64,000 bases of DNA from Nitrososphaeraceae archaeon (lineage in GTDB: Archaea; Thermoproteota; Nitrososphaeria; Nitrososphaerales; Nitrososphaeraceae). Below, one piece after another: positions 50,064 through 60,730 of this stretch. The stretch's first letter is position 1; the number at the start of each line of letters is the position of its first letter. The notes under the pieces are model-generated. The model had not been told where the DNA came from. It was given only the letters and a program-made list of their open reading frames with translations, and ran no database searches. The position numbers and the translations under genes are program-made. Location: the NCBI GenBank assembly GCA_044870765.1, contig JBIOZG010000035.1:19382-83381 (forward strand), read 5' to 3'.

Positions 50064-51445
50064 TTCTTTTCATATTCTAAAAATCTTACCCATTCTGGAA
50101 ACCATAAATTATATTCTGAAATCCCGATACCCTTGGAGAGAATGGAAGGAGAATTATAAAATACCTTATTTGCGCCCAACTCTTTAGAAATCCTGGTATT
50201 TAGTTCCTCAAGTGAGGGCACTTGTCCAATATATTTATGAGCAATCAATTCTCTGTTGTGGGTATAGAGACCAACTTGTCGTCCGTCGACGGTTGGGACA
50301 TAGCTGACGATAATAGAGACTGATTTGACGCCCACCTTTCTTAAATAATAAATAGTTTCCTTGGCAGTGATTCCAGTCTGAATTGTTCCTTGAATTAGAC
50401 CAATATTTTTTTGGCTAATTTTGTGTTTGAGAATATATTTTAATGATTTTCCGGAAGTTATCATCTTATTCTTGCTAATATTCTCAGAAAAATCTATCAT
50501 TCTATCGGAATCATCGTACCTATCATTTATTATAGCCTCACCTAAGTCAAATTTTGGAATATGATTCCTGTATTCTGCACTAAAGCCAAGAGTCATTGGT
50601 CTAGGATAATCGGGTTCTGCATATGCTGCATCAATATCGATGTTAGAGTGTGTAGAAAGAAAATCTGCCTGCACTTTTCCAATCCTCTTTCTGGTTTCAT
50701 AAATTCCTTTTCCATTAATAGTAGCAGTAACATGAGACTCTCGGATGAATTCAAAGGGGTCTATCATTGTTCTAGTAGTGGGAAGGGATAGTATCTTTTG
50801 TTGACCATTTTCAACATCCATTTTGATTAATTGTCCTGGTCTTACATCTTCAAAATTCATGTTTGGAAAAGGGATGCGGAGTGAATTTTCTGAAGCTATT
50901 ATGGAGACTGAATTGTTCTTGTCCGTACCACTTACAAGTGGTTTAAAGCCAGTAGAATCTCGATATGAATAGATCTTTTCATCATGCATCATAGTTAGAT
51001 TGCCCCTCAAATGTCTGTCCAAAAATTCACAAGCTTTTTCAGCATTCCCCTGATCTATTAATAATTTTTTAAAAATACCGTAAATCTTGTAAAGTGAATC
51101 GGCATTAGCCGCATCGCCCACAAGTGGATGCAGATGCAATTTTTCAATGTCAACAAAGAATCCGTCAAGTACTACACTAATCTTATTCATGCTTCTAAAT
51201 CTAGGAGTTCTTTTGGATAAATAACCTACTCCGATCATATACCTAAGGTTACTATTATCATTAACGCTTTTTGGAATTGAACTCTCTGCAGGAAATGGAC
51301 CAATACCGCTAGAAACCAAATTATCTATAATTATCTTCCAATAAGCTTTTCCTCTATGTTGAAGCATTTGCAATGAATTAATGAAATACGAAGCTAGGAT
51401 TTCTCTATCTGCTGTATAATTTGTAATTGCAAAGATGCCGGCCAA
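50060..51445 (-). CDS. Amidophosphoribosyltransferase (PurF)-like protein, catalytic motifs degenerate
   Basis: LQHRG, RD..GFKPL, IASE, FEFI, R..IG, I..ELGA; N-terminus MAGIF; PRPP loop reads LIQGTIQTGIT. Confidence 0.85.
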   Translation of the reverse strand: MAGIFAITNYTADREILASYFINSLQMLQHRGKAYWKIIIDNLVSSGIGPFPAESSIPKSVNDNSNLRYMIGVGYLSKRTPRFRSMNKISVVLDGFFVDIEKLHLHPLVGDAANADSLYKIYGIFKKLLIDQGNAEKACEFLDRHLRGNLTMMHDEKIYSYRDSTGFKPLVSGTDKNNSVSIIASENSLRIPFPNMNFEDVRPGQLIKMDVENGQQKILSLPTTRTMIDPFEFIRESHVTATINGKGIYETRKRIGKVQADFLSTHSNIDIDAAYAEPDYPRPMTLGFSAEYRNHIPKFDLGEAIINDRYDDSDRMIDFSENISKNKMITSGKSLKYILKHKISQKNIGLIQGTIQTGITAKETIYYLRKVGVKSVSIIVSYVPTVDGRQVGLYTHNRELIAHKYIGQVPSLEELNTRISKELGANKVFYNSPSILSKGIGISEYNLWFPEWVRFLEYEKK

Positions 51446-51504
51446 TGATCAATACTAGATCTATAGAGAAATTAAATATTTTGTTTGGACCGATCCAGTT
51501 TTTG

Positions 51505-51606
51505 ATGACGCAGAATAGTTTAGAGGAAGAAAAGCAATGTGAAAGAATGTCAAAATGGCAAAAGCAACAGCAATTAATACGACAGGAGCTGGGTCTGAAA
51601 CTGTAG
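51505..51606 (+). CDS. Possible 33-aa micro-protein (MTQNSLEEEKQCERMSKW...)
   Basis: ttaaatat about 27 nt upstream; divergent from purF-like gene. Confidence 0.35.
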   Translation: MTQNSLEEEKQCERMSKWQKQQQLIRQELGLKL

Positions 51607-52230
51607 AGCGGTTTGAGAGAAAGAATGGTCATGGAATCCTTTGTCTTATAAAAGGATGACTTTCAAAAAATAATTCAGTAATTAAAATTAGATGGTAATT
51701 TTGGCATAGTTGTCAAAACTAATGAAAAAATCAAACAAGCGTCATTATAATTCATATAATATACGAACGAAAACAACAGAATTTATTATATGCATTGTTT
51801 ATTTGGGAAATAATTAACGCAAGAAAATTAGGCAAAGCAATTCAATGAAAAAAATTAAAAAAGTATGAGTAAATGAATCGTAGTCAAGAGGAGTAATTTT
51901 AAACTTTAATTCATATCTTATTGTTAGTTTCTAGTCCTAATGAGGGACTATTATTCTAGCTCGAGTCTGCATGTTTAGTATTTCTGTGAAAAAACTAATT
52001 CCGAACCATTCATAAATATTATCCAAAAGCTCGACGACATGTACGGAGGATCACGTAGCTGTGTACAGCTTTTTATGAAAAAAGGGATCGAGAAAATAAG
52101 GGTATTGAAAGAGTTCCGCTAAATAACTTTTTATTCCCACTTTCATATGATACTACCGCGAGTATCCAAATAGATTTTCTTATCGTATATTTGTAAATCG
52201 CTTAAATAAGACTTAATTGTATAATGAGTA

Positions 52231-53142
52231 TTGTTTAATCCTCCCAATTTAAAAATAGATCATGTCCACCTTAATGTATCTGATTTAAAAAAGTCGCTTC
52301 AGTTTTATGAATCGATTCTTGGATTTAATATAGTAAGAAAAGAACACAAAACAGCATTGTTATCCGCATCATTAGACGATAGTAATTCGCGGTCATTTTT
52401 GGTTGCATTATCAGAATCTGACAACAAGGTCCTTTCCATAACTCGAAATAGACACAAAGCAGGAATGTATCATTTTGCAGTATTGTTACCCGGAAGAAAA
52501 TTTCTATCGCTTTTTCTTAGGCATTTACAAGAAAAGCTTAATCCTGAATACTATGAAGGAATGGCCGATCATGGTGTATCAGAATCTATTTACATTCATG
52601 ATCCAGATTTAAACGGAATTGAAGTTTATACAGACAGATCGCCTTTGAGATGGAAATGGGCTGATGGTAGAGTACAAATTGTTACTGAGCCTTTAGACAC
52701 ACAAAATCTATTGAAAGAATCAATTGCAGTAGACGTAGAATGGAATCATCTTCCTCCAACAACGTCAATAGGTCATGTCCATTTACATGTTTCTAATCTT
52801 GGTAAAGCAAAGACATTCTATAATGAAATTTTAGGTCTAAATCATACTGCTACTTACCCTGGCGCATATTTCTTCGCGTCAAATAGGTATCATCACCATG
52901 TTGCCACCAACACGTGGCTCGGTGAGAACATTACTTCTGCGCACAATAATGATATAGGATTAGATCATTATGCAATAAATTTGAATGACCATAGTGATTT
53001 AAGATTGCTCAAAAATCATTTTTCAGAGTTTAATATCAACATTGATGAACAATTAGTCGAAAGTGATATGCAGTTTGCTTCATCATTTTATGCTTATGAT
53101 TCTGATGGAATTCAAATACAATTTTTGCATAATAATTCATAG
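52231..53142 (+). CDS. VOC family protein (CatE/catechol 2,3-dioxygenase-like)
   Basis: HVHL.VSDL, GMYHFA, DHGVSESIY..DPD.NGIEVY, YHHHVATNTW. Confidence 0.92.
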   Translation: MFNPPNLKIDHVHLNVSDLKKSLQFYESILGFNIVRKEHKTALLSASLDDSNSRSFLVALSESDNKVLSITRNRHKAGMYHFAVLLPGRKFLSLFLRHLQEKLNPEYYEGMADHGVSESIYIHDPDLNGIEVYTDRSPLRWKWADGRVQIVTEPLDTQNLLKESIAVDVEWNHLPPTTSIGHVHLHVSNLGKAKTFYNEILGLNHTATYPGAYFFASNRYHHHVATNTWLGENITSAHNNDIGLDHYAINLNDHSDLRLLKNHFSEFNINIDEQLVESDMQFASSFYAYDSDGIQIQFLHNNS

Positions 53143-53217
53143 AATAAAAAACGAAGAGATTAATCAAAGAAGGTCTAACATTGTGATTTTTTTAGGTCGC
53201 ATTGAGATATTCAGAAA

Positions 53218-53661
53218 ATGACTGGAAAAGAAGTGACTCAACTTTATCCCATCTTGCTAGTTAATTTTATAGGTACACTTGGATTTAGTATCGTTCTGCC
53301 TGCCTTTCCTTGTCTTTTTAGTGAGGAATTTTGGAGGGAATGCTATAATTTATGGTGTGTTGGGAGCAACATATTCTGCTTTCCAACTTATTGGGACTCC
53401 ACTTCTCGGAAAATGGTCTGACGTATATGGCAGGAAAAAAGTTCTTCTGTTAAGTAATGCTGGAACTCTAGTTGGTTGGATATTATTTTTTATTGCGCTA
53501 CTTTTGCCTGATCAAAAATTCAGGCTTGATACTCTTCTTATCGGACTTTTACGATGAGTCTCCCATTACTTGTGTTATTCCTAGCTCGAGCCATAGATGG
53601 AATTACTGGAGGCAATATTTCTGTAGCCAACGCCTATCTTGAGGATTTAACAAAAAGTTGA
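53218..53661 (+). pseudogene. MFS (TetA/DHA1-like) transporter, frameshifted and truncated
   Basis: LGFSIVLP / GKWSDVYGRKKVLL / ARAIDGITGGNISVANAY in successive different frames, then stop. Confidence 0.9.
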
Positions 53662-53702
53662 TAATGAACACTTTAAATTATGAATTATGACAATCATATC
53701 AA

Positions 53703-54911
53703 TTGCTCATAGGCTTAATTGGTAAGGCAAACGTTGGTAAGTCCACCTTTTTTTCTGCATCAACAGACAATGTTGTGAACATTGCAAATTATCCGTTTAC
53801 GACAGTCAAGCCTAACCTAGGAATTTGTCACGCCAGAGTAAAATGTGTATGTACGGAATTTGGAGTCAAAGATAATCCAGTTCATTCCATTTGTATAGAT
53901 GGAGTGAGATTTATTCCAATTGAAATAGTAGATGTAGCCGGTTTAGTCCCTGGTGCTCATGAGGGCAAGGGACTGGGAAACAAATTCTTAGACGATGCAA
54001 GACAAGCAGACGCCCTTATTCATATTATAGACCTCTCTGGTTCTACTGATTCAGAGGGAAGGCCAATAGCAACAGGTACAGGTGACCCGGTGGAGGATAT
54101 TAAATTTGTTGAAGAAGAATTTGATCTTTGGCTTGTATCGATTATTAAAAGGGATTGGGACAAAATAAGGGAGCTTGACTCATCGGGCCTAAATACAACT
54201 CAGATTTTAAAAAAGAGATTGTCTGGACTCGGAGTAACTGAATCAGCTATAGATAAAGTCCTGAACAGCTTGAATTTACATAATAAGAAAATTAAAGATT
54301 GGACAGAACAAGAAACGTTAGATTTTTGTCATAATACAAGAAGAATCGTAAAGCCTGTAGTCATTGCAGCAAATAAAGCTGACATTTCAGACATTTCAAC
54401 TTCCCATAATTTCCTGCAACAAATTGTAGAAAAGTACCCTCACGTAATACCCTGTACGTCAGAATTAGAAATCTTGTTACGAAAAGCAGCAAAGAATGGA
54501 TTTGTTCATTACCTTCCAGGAGATAACTCATTTGAAATTAAAGAAAGTATGCAATTAAGCGAAAAACAGAAGGATGCTCTCCATATTGTTTCAGAATTCA
54601 TTAAAAAACATGGTACAACAGGTGTTCAAGAGATAATAAATATCGCTTGTTTTAATCTATTGAAGAAAATAGTAGTATATCCAGTTGAAGATGAATCAAA
54701 ATTAACGGATAAGAAGGGGAACATTCTTCCAGAAGCTTATTTACTAAATGAAGGATCAACTGCAAAGGACCTGGCAATTGCAGTCCATCAGGAACTGGGA
54801 AAAGGTTTTCTTTTTGCTATTGATGTTAGAACAAAGAGAAGATTGGGTGCAGACCACAAATTAAAAAATAATGACGTGATTAAGATTGTATCTGCGATGA
54901 GTAGAAAGTGA
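53703..54911 (+). CDS. ychF: Obg-family translation-associated GTPase/ATPase (YchF-like) with TGS domain
   Basis: GKANVGKST, YPFTT, DVAGLVPGA, ANKAD. Confidence 0.93.
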   Translation: MLIGLIGKANVGKSTFFSASTDNVVNIANYPFTTVKPNLGICHARVKCVCTEFGVKDNPVHSICIDGVRFIPIEIVDVAGLVPGAHEGKGLGNKFLDDARQADALIHIIDLSGSTDSEGRPIATGTGDPVEDIKFVEEEFDLWLVSIIKRDWDKIRELDSSGLNTTQILKKRLSGLGVTESAIDKVLNSLNLHNKKIKDWTEQETLDFCHNTRRIVKPVVIAANKADISDISTSHNFLQQIVEKYPHVIPCTSELEILLRKAAKNGFVHYLPGDNSFEIKESMQLSEKQKDALHIVSEFIKKHGTTGVQEIINIACFNLLKKIVVYPVEDESKLTDKKGNILPEAYLLNEGSTAKDLAIAVHQELGKGFLFAIDVRTKRRLGADHKLKNNDVIKIVSAMSRK

Positions 54912-55933
54912 TAACTATGTTGTGTCTAGGAATTGAAAGTACAGCACATACTTTTGCTTGTTCTGTAGTCAAGTATTCAGATTCTGATGCTGATAAATCG
55001 CCCAATATTCTTTCAGACGTTAGAAATATCTTCAAAGCTCCCGATGGAGCGGGAATCCATCCAAGGGAAGCAGCTCGCCATCATGCATCAGTAGCAATAG
55101 AGGCTCTTAAGCAATCTTTAGAATCTTCTAAAATAAAGTACAAGGATTTAGATGTTGTGGCTTACTCTGCTGGTCCTGGACTTGGTCCCTGCCTGAGGAT
55201 TGGAGCTGTCATTGCTCGTTCCATATCTTCATTTTATGATATTAAATTGGTCCCCGTCAATCACGCACTAGGACATATTGAACTTGGAATGAGTCTTACT
55301 GGAGGTAATGATTCTCTAGTACTATTGGTTTCTGGTGGACATACTATGATACTGGTATTTAATAACAAAAGATGGCGGGTAATAGGAGAAACATTAGATA
55401 TTACTTTAGGTCAACTTATAGATCAATTTGGACGTCACCTAGGGTTGGCTTCGCCATGTGGATCAGAGATAGAAAGATTGGCAAATAAGTCACCCAAAAA
55501 TTATGTCTCGTTACCATATTCAATCAAAGGGAACGACATTACTTTTTCGGGAATACTATCTGCTGCAAAGAGATTAATTTCGACTGGTAAATACACAAAT
55601 GAAGACATATGTTATTCGATTCAAGAGACTGCATTTGCAATTATTACAGAGGCAGTTGAGAGAGCTCTCTCCGCTACTGAAAAAAGAGAACTACTGGTTG
55701 TTGGAGGTGTATCTGCGAACAAAGATCTTTCTCGTATGCTTAACCTTGCTTGTCTTAGACACAAGGCAAAATTCAATCCCTGTCCAATTTCATTTGCAGG
55801 AGATAACGGAGTACAAATTGCCTGGACCGGGATATTATCTTATTTGAAAACAAAAAATTTTGTAGATATATCTGATTCCTTTGTTAACCAAACATGGCGA
55901 ATTGATACTGTGGATGTATTGTGGAGAGAATAA
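54908..55933 (+). CDS. kae1: KEOPS t6A synthase Kae1
   Basis: GIESTAHT, HPREAARHH, GPGLGPCL, VNHALGHIE, SGGHT, DNG. Confidence 0.97.
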   Translation: MITMLCLGIESTAHTFACSVVKYSDSDADKSPNILSDVRNIFKAPDGAGIHPREAARHHASVAIEALKQSLESSKIKYKDLDVVAYSAGPGLGPCLRIGAVIARSISSFYDIKLVPVNHALGHIELGMSLTGGNDSLVLLVSGGHTMILVFNNKRWRVIGETLDITLGQLIDQFGRHLGLASPCGSEIERLANKSPKNYVSLPYSIKGNDITFSGILSAAKRLISTGKYTNEDICYSIQETAFAIITEAVERALSATEKRELLVVGGVSANKDLSRMLNLACLRHKAKFNPCPISFAGDNGVQIAWTGILSYLKTKNFVDISDSFVNQTWRIDTVDVLWRE

Positions 55934-56061
55934 ATTTAAAACTATCAGAGACAAGAAGCATTAACATGGGTTCAAATTGTCACAAATTTCATTACTAGAT
56001 GGGCTTTTTCCGGTAGCTTTTAATAATTTATTGGTCTATTTACTGTATGGTGAATGAATAA

Positions 56062-56664
56062 TTGGTTCAAAAATCTGTATTATTATTTGCGGCATTAGGA
56101 CTTGTAATGGCAGCATTAATTGCAGCAGTAGCCACGTCTACAAATACTAGCGAAGCATTTCCGAAAGGGAAAGATCACAAGGAAATAGTGTTTGGTGCTA
56201 TTTCAAGCATTCAAAATAATGAAGAAGGGAAGCCTGCATGGGTTCTTTCTGGCCACTGGTTAACAAATATTGTAAATAAAACAAAGGATAGTTTCAACCA
56301 GACAAACGCAGCAAAATTTGATTCATGGATGTATATGGCCATGTTGGACGGATCGGCGATGCATAAACATGTTATCTCGAATTTTTCACTTAATGATATT
56401 AGCAATCAAGGCAACGTTACCTCTTATAAAGGAACAGTCACTGTGACAATGAAAGATGGACCCGTTGAACAAGTGCCAGTTGAAATAAAAGTAATGAACA
56501 ATCATGTAATCGACATATCACTAGATGCAACTAAAACTAATAACCACTTTGGTGATACACCAATATATGGTCTTATCCCTCCCAAAGCGGATATTATGAA
56601 AATGAAATCTCATATGGGTAACAAGACAAATATGACTATGCACACGAATATGAGCCAATGGTAA
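56062..56664 (+). CDS. Secreted hypothetical protein with Met-rich tail
   Basis: Signal peptide; LDGSAMHKH, NHFGDTPIYG. Confidence 0.8.
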   Translation: MVQKSVLLFAALGLVMAALIAAVATSTNTSEAFPKGKDHKEIVFGAISSIQNNEEGKPAWVLSGHWLTNIVNKTKDSFNQTNAAKFDSWMYMAMLDGSAMHKHVISNFSLNDISNQGNVTSYKGTVTVTMKDGPVEQVPVEIKVMNNHVIDISLDATKTNNHFGDTPIYGLIPPKADIMKMKSHMGNKTNMTMHTNMSQW

Positions 56665-56770
56665 AAGCAATAGTACGGTCAAATATCGTATAGGGTTTCT
56701 ATTTAACAAGTAAAATAGAATTCTCTCCACTTTTATTTTGTTCTAGTACAATTGCAAATCGTGTCAGAAA

Positions 56771-57127
56771 CTAATTTTGGTCCTTCATGAATAATCTTTT
56801 TTGATTGTCTATTTCTTTAGCCCATTTCTTACTGTTAAATACACTAAATTTGTATTTTGAACCGCCTATCTCTACAACGACCTTGGTGAGTATGAACCCT
56901 TCAGGATGGACACTACCTACTTTATCTAAAGTCTCATTCAACAAGGCGCTTCCTGTTTTTTTATTTAGGGTTGTCAGACTTCCTTCTGTTTTCTCAAAAA
57001 TAATCCTCTGACTGGTTAAACTTAGAATCCCACTGCCAAGTTTTACTTCCGAGCAATCTTCTTCAAGAATTAATTTTTCTCCCGGATTTGGGTCGACTTG
57101 TGGTGCCACATTTTTATTTCCAAACAT
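56771..57127 (-). CDS. Small PH/GRAM-like domain protein
   Basis: GILSLTSQRIIFE, terminal W-containing helix. Confidence 0.7.
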   Translation of the reverse strand: MFGNKNVAPQVDPNPGEKLILEEDCSEVKLGSGILSLTSQRIIFEKTEGSLTTLNKKTGSALLNETLDKVGSVHPEGFILTKVVVEIGGSKYKFSVFNSKKWAKEIDNQKRLFMKDQN

Positions 57128-57141
57128 TGGTTATATTATCA

Positions 57142-57756
57142 TTGCAGCGTTACGTTAAACTACTGTTCAAGGGTGCCGAATCGAATATTTACTTGACTAA
57201 ATGGTATAATAAGAAGGCAATTTCAAAAATTAGAATACCGAAATCATACCGTCAGAGAAAGCTAGATGATGAATTGAGAAGAAGGAGAACCATTAGTGAA
57301 TCCAGGATGATTACGATGGCCAAAGAACTTGGATTAAGGACGCCTTATATCTATTTCGTAGATCCCTATCGAGCTGAGATAGTTATGGAATTTGTTTCAG
57401 GAAAAAGGGCAAGCGGTGTTTTAACGTCTTCATTATGTTTCGAAATAGGAAAGTTCGTCTCCACTCTTCATTTGAATAACTTGATACATGGTGATCTGAC
57501 ACCATCAAATTTCATTGTAAATAGTAAAGTCACTATGATAGATATGGGACTCTCATTTTATTCAACTAGGGAAGAAGACAAGGCGATGGATATAAGATTA
57601 TTTAAGGAGATTTTGACCAGTACCTTCCATAACTCGTTCACCGAATTTTTTGAGTATTTCTTAAAGGGGTATAGACATGTTAACTCAGAAGAATTGGAAA
57701 AAATTCTACAAAGAATAGAGGATATAGAATCAAGGAAAAGATATGCTATTTCGTAA
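57142..57756 (+). CDS. bud32: KEOPS kinase Bud32 (start uncertain)
   Basis: KGAES, K.RIPKSYR, IHGDLTPSN, IDMGLS, EDKAMD. Confidence 0.93.
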   Translation: MQRYVKLLFKGAESNIYLTKWYNKKAISKIRIPKSYRQRKLDDELRRRRTISESRMITMAKELGLRTPYIYFVDPYRAEIVMEFVSGKRASGVLTSSLCFEIGKFVSTLHLNNLIHGDLTPSNFIVNSKVTMIDMGLSFYSTREEDKAMDIRLFKEILTSTFHNSFTEFFEYFLKGYRHVNSEELEKILQRIEDIESRKRYAIS

Positions 57757-57905
57757 ATATCTCAAATTATTTAGTTGAACCGAGGATTAATCAATAGAAT
57801 TGATACCAATACCATTTTTAGTATATAGCAAAGACGTTTTTCGGTATTGAATTTAGTAACAATTAACAATTTATGTTTAGCAAATTTTTTTATTTTGCTA
57901 AACAT

Positions 57906-58130
57906 ATGCTATGTTTATAAGATCCAAAATCTATTCTGAAGTTTCCAGCAATTCAGTTATTCCTGAACTCAATACGATCACCGGAAACAAAGAATAATTA
58001 TAAGATATATTTCAATAAATATCTAAATTTCATGGGAGAACAGGATCTATTCTGCAGCAATAATCCTCGTCAGATTGAGCGTCATATGATTGATTTCATT
58101 GTCTCTTTAAAAGAAAAATTCTCAGGATAA
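57906..58130 (+). pseudogene. Tyrosine recombinase/integrase N-terminal relic
   Basis: MLCL*DPKSILKFPAIQLFLNSIRSPETKNNYKIYFNKYLNFMGEQDLF...IERHMIDFIVSLKEK; resembles SAM-like N-domain, no catalytic domain. Confidence 0.6.
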
Positions 58131-58333
58131 ATTCAAACCGAACACCGCTGTAGTTAGTATTGCGAATATTGTATACGATTCTAGTAGACAAAACTAATTC
58201 ACATCGATGGGAAAAGAGGGATCTCAACCCATCAATGTTAACCGTATTAGCACAGCCTAGTATAAAATGTTATAATTAAAACCGATAGAACCAACAGGGA
58301 CAAGGTAATATAGAGTAATGTTTCAATTAGATC

Positions 58334-58477
58334 ATGAAAATAGAATTACAGAATAAGGAAATAACCGGTCCAAGAGGAAAAATAACGACTGTATGTGCAT
58401 CTTGTGTTTATGGACGACATGAAGAATGTGATAAAATGATAACTTGTATCTGTGCGTCGAGCAACCACAGTCTGTAA
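58334..58477 (+). CDS. 47-aa Cys/His-rich micro-protein
   Basis: MKIELQNKEITGPRGKITTVCASCVYGRHEECDKMITCICASSNHSL. Confidence 0.7.
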   Translation: MKIELQNKEITGPRGKITTVCASCVYGRHEECDKMITCICASSNHSL

Positions 58478-58505
58478 CTATCCTTTTAATTGTTCTAATC
58501 TATTT

Positions 58506-58748
58506 TCAGTCCAAGTTTTTACTATTATGCATAACATATAATGCGTGAGGACTTAAAACAATCTTGTTTCTAGCCACTTTTTTTATCATACCCGTATTAG
58601 ACAACTCATAGACTATTTTATCCGTTTGTTTGCTGCTTAATTCCAGTCCTTCACCGACCTCATATTGATTAATAATACGTAATTCACCACTTGTCAAGTC
58701 ATATATTTTTTTTAGAAACTGTACAAAATCCGGTCTCAATGGATGCAA
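58506..58748 (-). CDS. Small winged-HTH-like protein
   Basis: YEVGEGLELSSKQTDKIVYELSNTGMIK. Confidence 0.7.
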   Translation of the reverse strand: MHPLRPDFVQFLKKIYDLTSGELRIINQYEVGEGLELSSKQTDKIVYELSNTGMIKKVARNKIVLSPHALYVMHNSKNLD

Positions 58749-58893
58749 TCATAAGTTATCGCATTTAAGTCTTGGTAGAACGCGTTAGACTATAAGATTC
58801 CTTTAACACCAGCGGACGGTAAATAATTTTTTACTTCTAAATGATGGATATGGAGGCTAAATTTTTTATTTCGGTGTTTAGTCTTTTCTAAAA

Positions 58894-59460
58894 TTGAGAA
58901 GAATAATATTCGCAAGTACCAACAAAAGCAAATTTAATGAAATTTTTACCCACATGAGGACTTACAACATAGAAATGGAATTTGTAAAATTTGAGAGTAT
59001 TGAGATTCAGTCCAACAGCCTGGATGAAATTGCGAAGCAGAAGGCTAGCGATGCGTATCGAAAAATAGGTAGGCCATTAATAGTCGAGGATACCGGACTT
59101 TTTATCGATTCACTTCGCGGGTTCCCTGGTCCTTATTCTTCTTATGTTCTTGGAACCATAGGAAATCAAGGGATTTTAGATTTGCTATTGAACAGGACAA
59201 GCAGAGTTGCATTATTTAGATCAATCGTAGCATATATGGACGAGAATTGCAACATGGTATTTTCCGGTGAAACGAGGGGAACGATAGGCGATCGAATTAC
59301 AATAGGCGGTTGGGGTTACGACCCAATATTCATTCCAGATGATGCCTCAGTTACCTATGGGCAAATGGGCATAACAAACAAGATCGCAATCTCACACAGG
59401 ACAAAAGCACTGAATAATTTTGCAAAATGGTACTGTGAAAATTATTTAGGAGTACATTGA
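58894..59460 (+). CDS. rdgB: Non-canonical purine NTP pyrophosphatase (RdgB/HAM1)
   Basis: STNKSK, EDTGL, GFPGPYS, GWGYDPIF, SHR. Confidence 0.96.
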   Translation: MRRIIFASTNKSKFNEIFTHMRTYNIEMEFVKFESIEIQSNSLDEIAKQKASDAYRKIGRPLIVEDTGLFIDSLRGFPGPYSSYVLGTIGNQGILDLLLNRTSRVALFRSIVAYMDENCNMVFSGETRGTIGDRITIGGWGYDPIFIPDDASVTYGQMGITNKIAISHRTKALNNFAKWYCENYLGVH

Positions 59461-59484
59461 TGAAGTACAGGGGAGAATCGTGAT

Positions 59485-60525
59485 TCAATGAATAATTGGC
59501 TTTTCATATCCCTCAATCCATCTTTCAGTATACCTCTTGAGATTTTGGAGAACTACTATTCTTGAAATTTCACTTTCGTCCATAATAGAGAATGTGCCTA
59601 AACTATTGCGCATTAAATCTGAAAAGCTCCTTATTTCGTCCATTTCCAGCATATCCGACTTCTCTAATCTTTGAGTGGACATTCCAATATGCATATACGA
59701 TTTAATTTCAATGAAATGAGGATTACCTCTTTTCACTAGATCAGCAAATTCATTTACGGAATTTGTTGAATCGTTAAAATTCCGTATCATAGTCATTCTC
59801 AATACTATTCTCGTATCCATTTCCGACAACAATTCAAGACTCTTTTGCCATCTGTCCCACGCGTCCTTATATTTAGGTCTGTTCACCATTGTATACATTT
59901 TTTTATTTGCAGCATTAGTAGATAGATAGAGCTGCGTTGGCAGAGCTTGTTCATCTACCAATCTTTGGAGCATTTCTGGTTCCTGTCCATTTGTGACCAA
60001 AAAGATTGATTTTGTATTTTTTATGGTTTTAAGATACTTGATAAGGCTCGGTAATTTTGGATACATAGTAGGTTCTCCAGAAAGTGATATTGCATAATGT
60101 TGGGGGAATAGAGATTCATCAATTTTTAATTTGTCGCTTTTTTTGTTACCATAATGTCCTACGATGAGTTTTCTACGTTCTTCCAGTAAATTATTAATTA
60201 TCATATCCGGTTCATCAACCAAATGTTCAGGCATTTCCAGAGTATCATAAAATTCGGTAGGCCGCCAACAGTAAATACATCTGTTTTCACAGTTCATTGC
60301 AGTAGGTGTCATTTCCATGCATCTATGAGTTGAAATTCCGTAGAATTTGTGTTTGTAGCAGGTTCCTTCATTGGAGAAAGATTTTTTAGTCCAATGACAG
60401 AGTTCGACTGCAGAATGATTGTAAACACCATATTTGGCCTTCTTTAATTTGGCTTTTGTGAGTGGTGAAATTTGAATAAGATTCTGCGTGTCGGTGTGTG
60501 ATATATATTCGTCAGAACAACTCAT
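59485..60525 (-). CDS. taw1: 4-demethylwyosine synthase (radical SAM)
   Basis: CHWTK, CYKHKFYGI, CENRCIYCWR, SLSGEP. Confidence 0.96.
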   Translation of the reverse strand: MSCSDEYISHTDTQNLIQISPLTKAKLKKAKYGVYNHSAVELCHWTKKSFSNEGTCYKHKFYGISTHRCMEMTPTAMNCENRCIYCWRPTEFYDTLEMPEHLVDEPDMIINNLLEERRKLIVGHYGNKKSDKLKIDESLFPQHYAISLSGEPTMYPKLPSLIKYLKTIKNTKSIFLVTNGQEPEMLQRLVDEQALPTQLYLSTNAANKKMYTMVNRPKYKDAWDRWQKSLELLSEMDTRIVLRMTMIRNFNDSTNSVNEFADLVKRGNPHFIEIKSYMHIGMSTQRLEKSDMLEMDEIRSFSDLMRNSLGTFSIMDESEISRIVVLQNLKRYTERWIEGYEKPIIH

Positions 60526-60730
60526 AGTACAAAAACGAATTGCACAATGACATTTAAATGTTAAAATTAATTTTATTTCTTAATTCGTCGTAAAATTATA
60601 AAAGATATGCATTTAACAAATCTCATTTTCAGAATAATACTTGTGGTTATAAACTAATTTGAATTCCTTCAATTAGTGAATCCAAAACTTCTTTATAGTA
60701 TTATGAATCTAAAAAGAAGGAAATCCAAGA

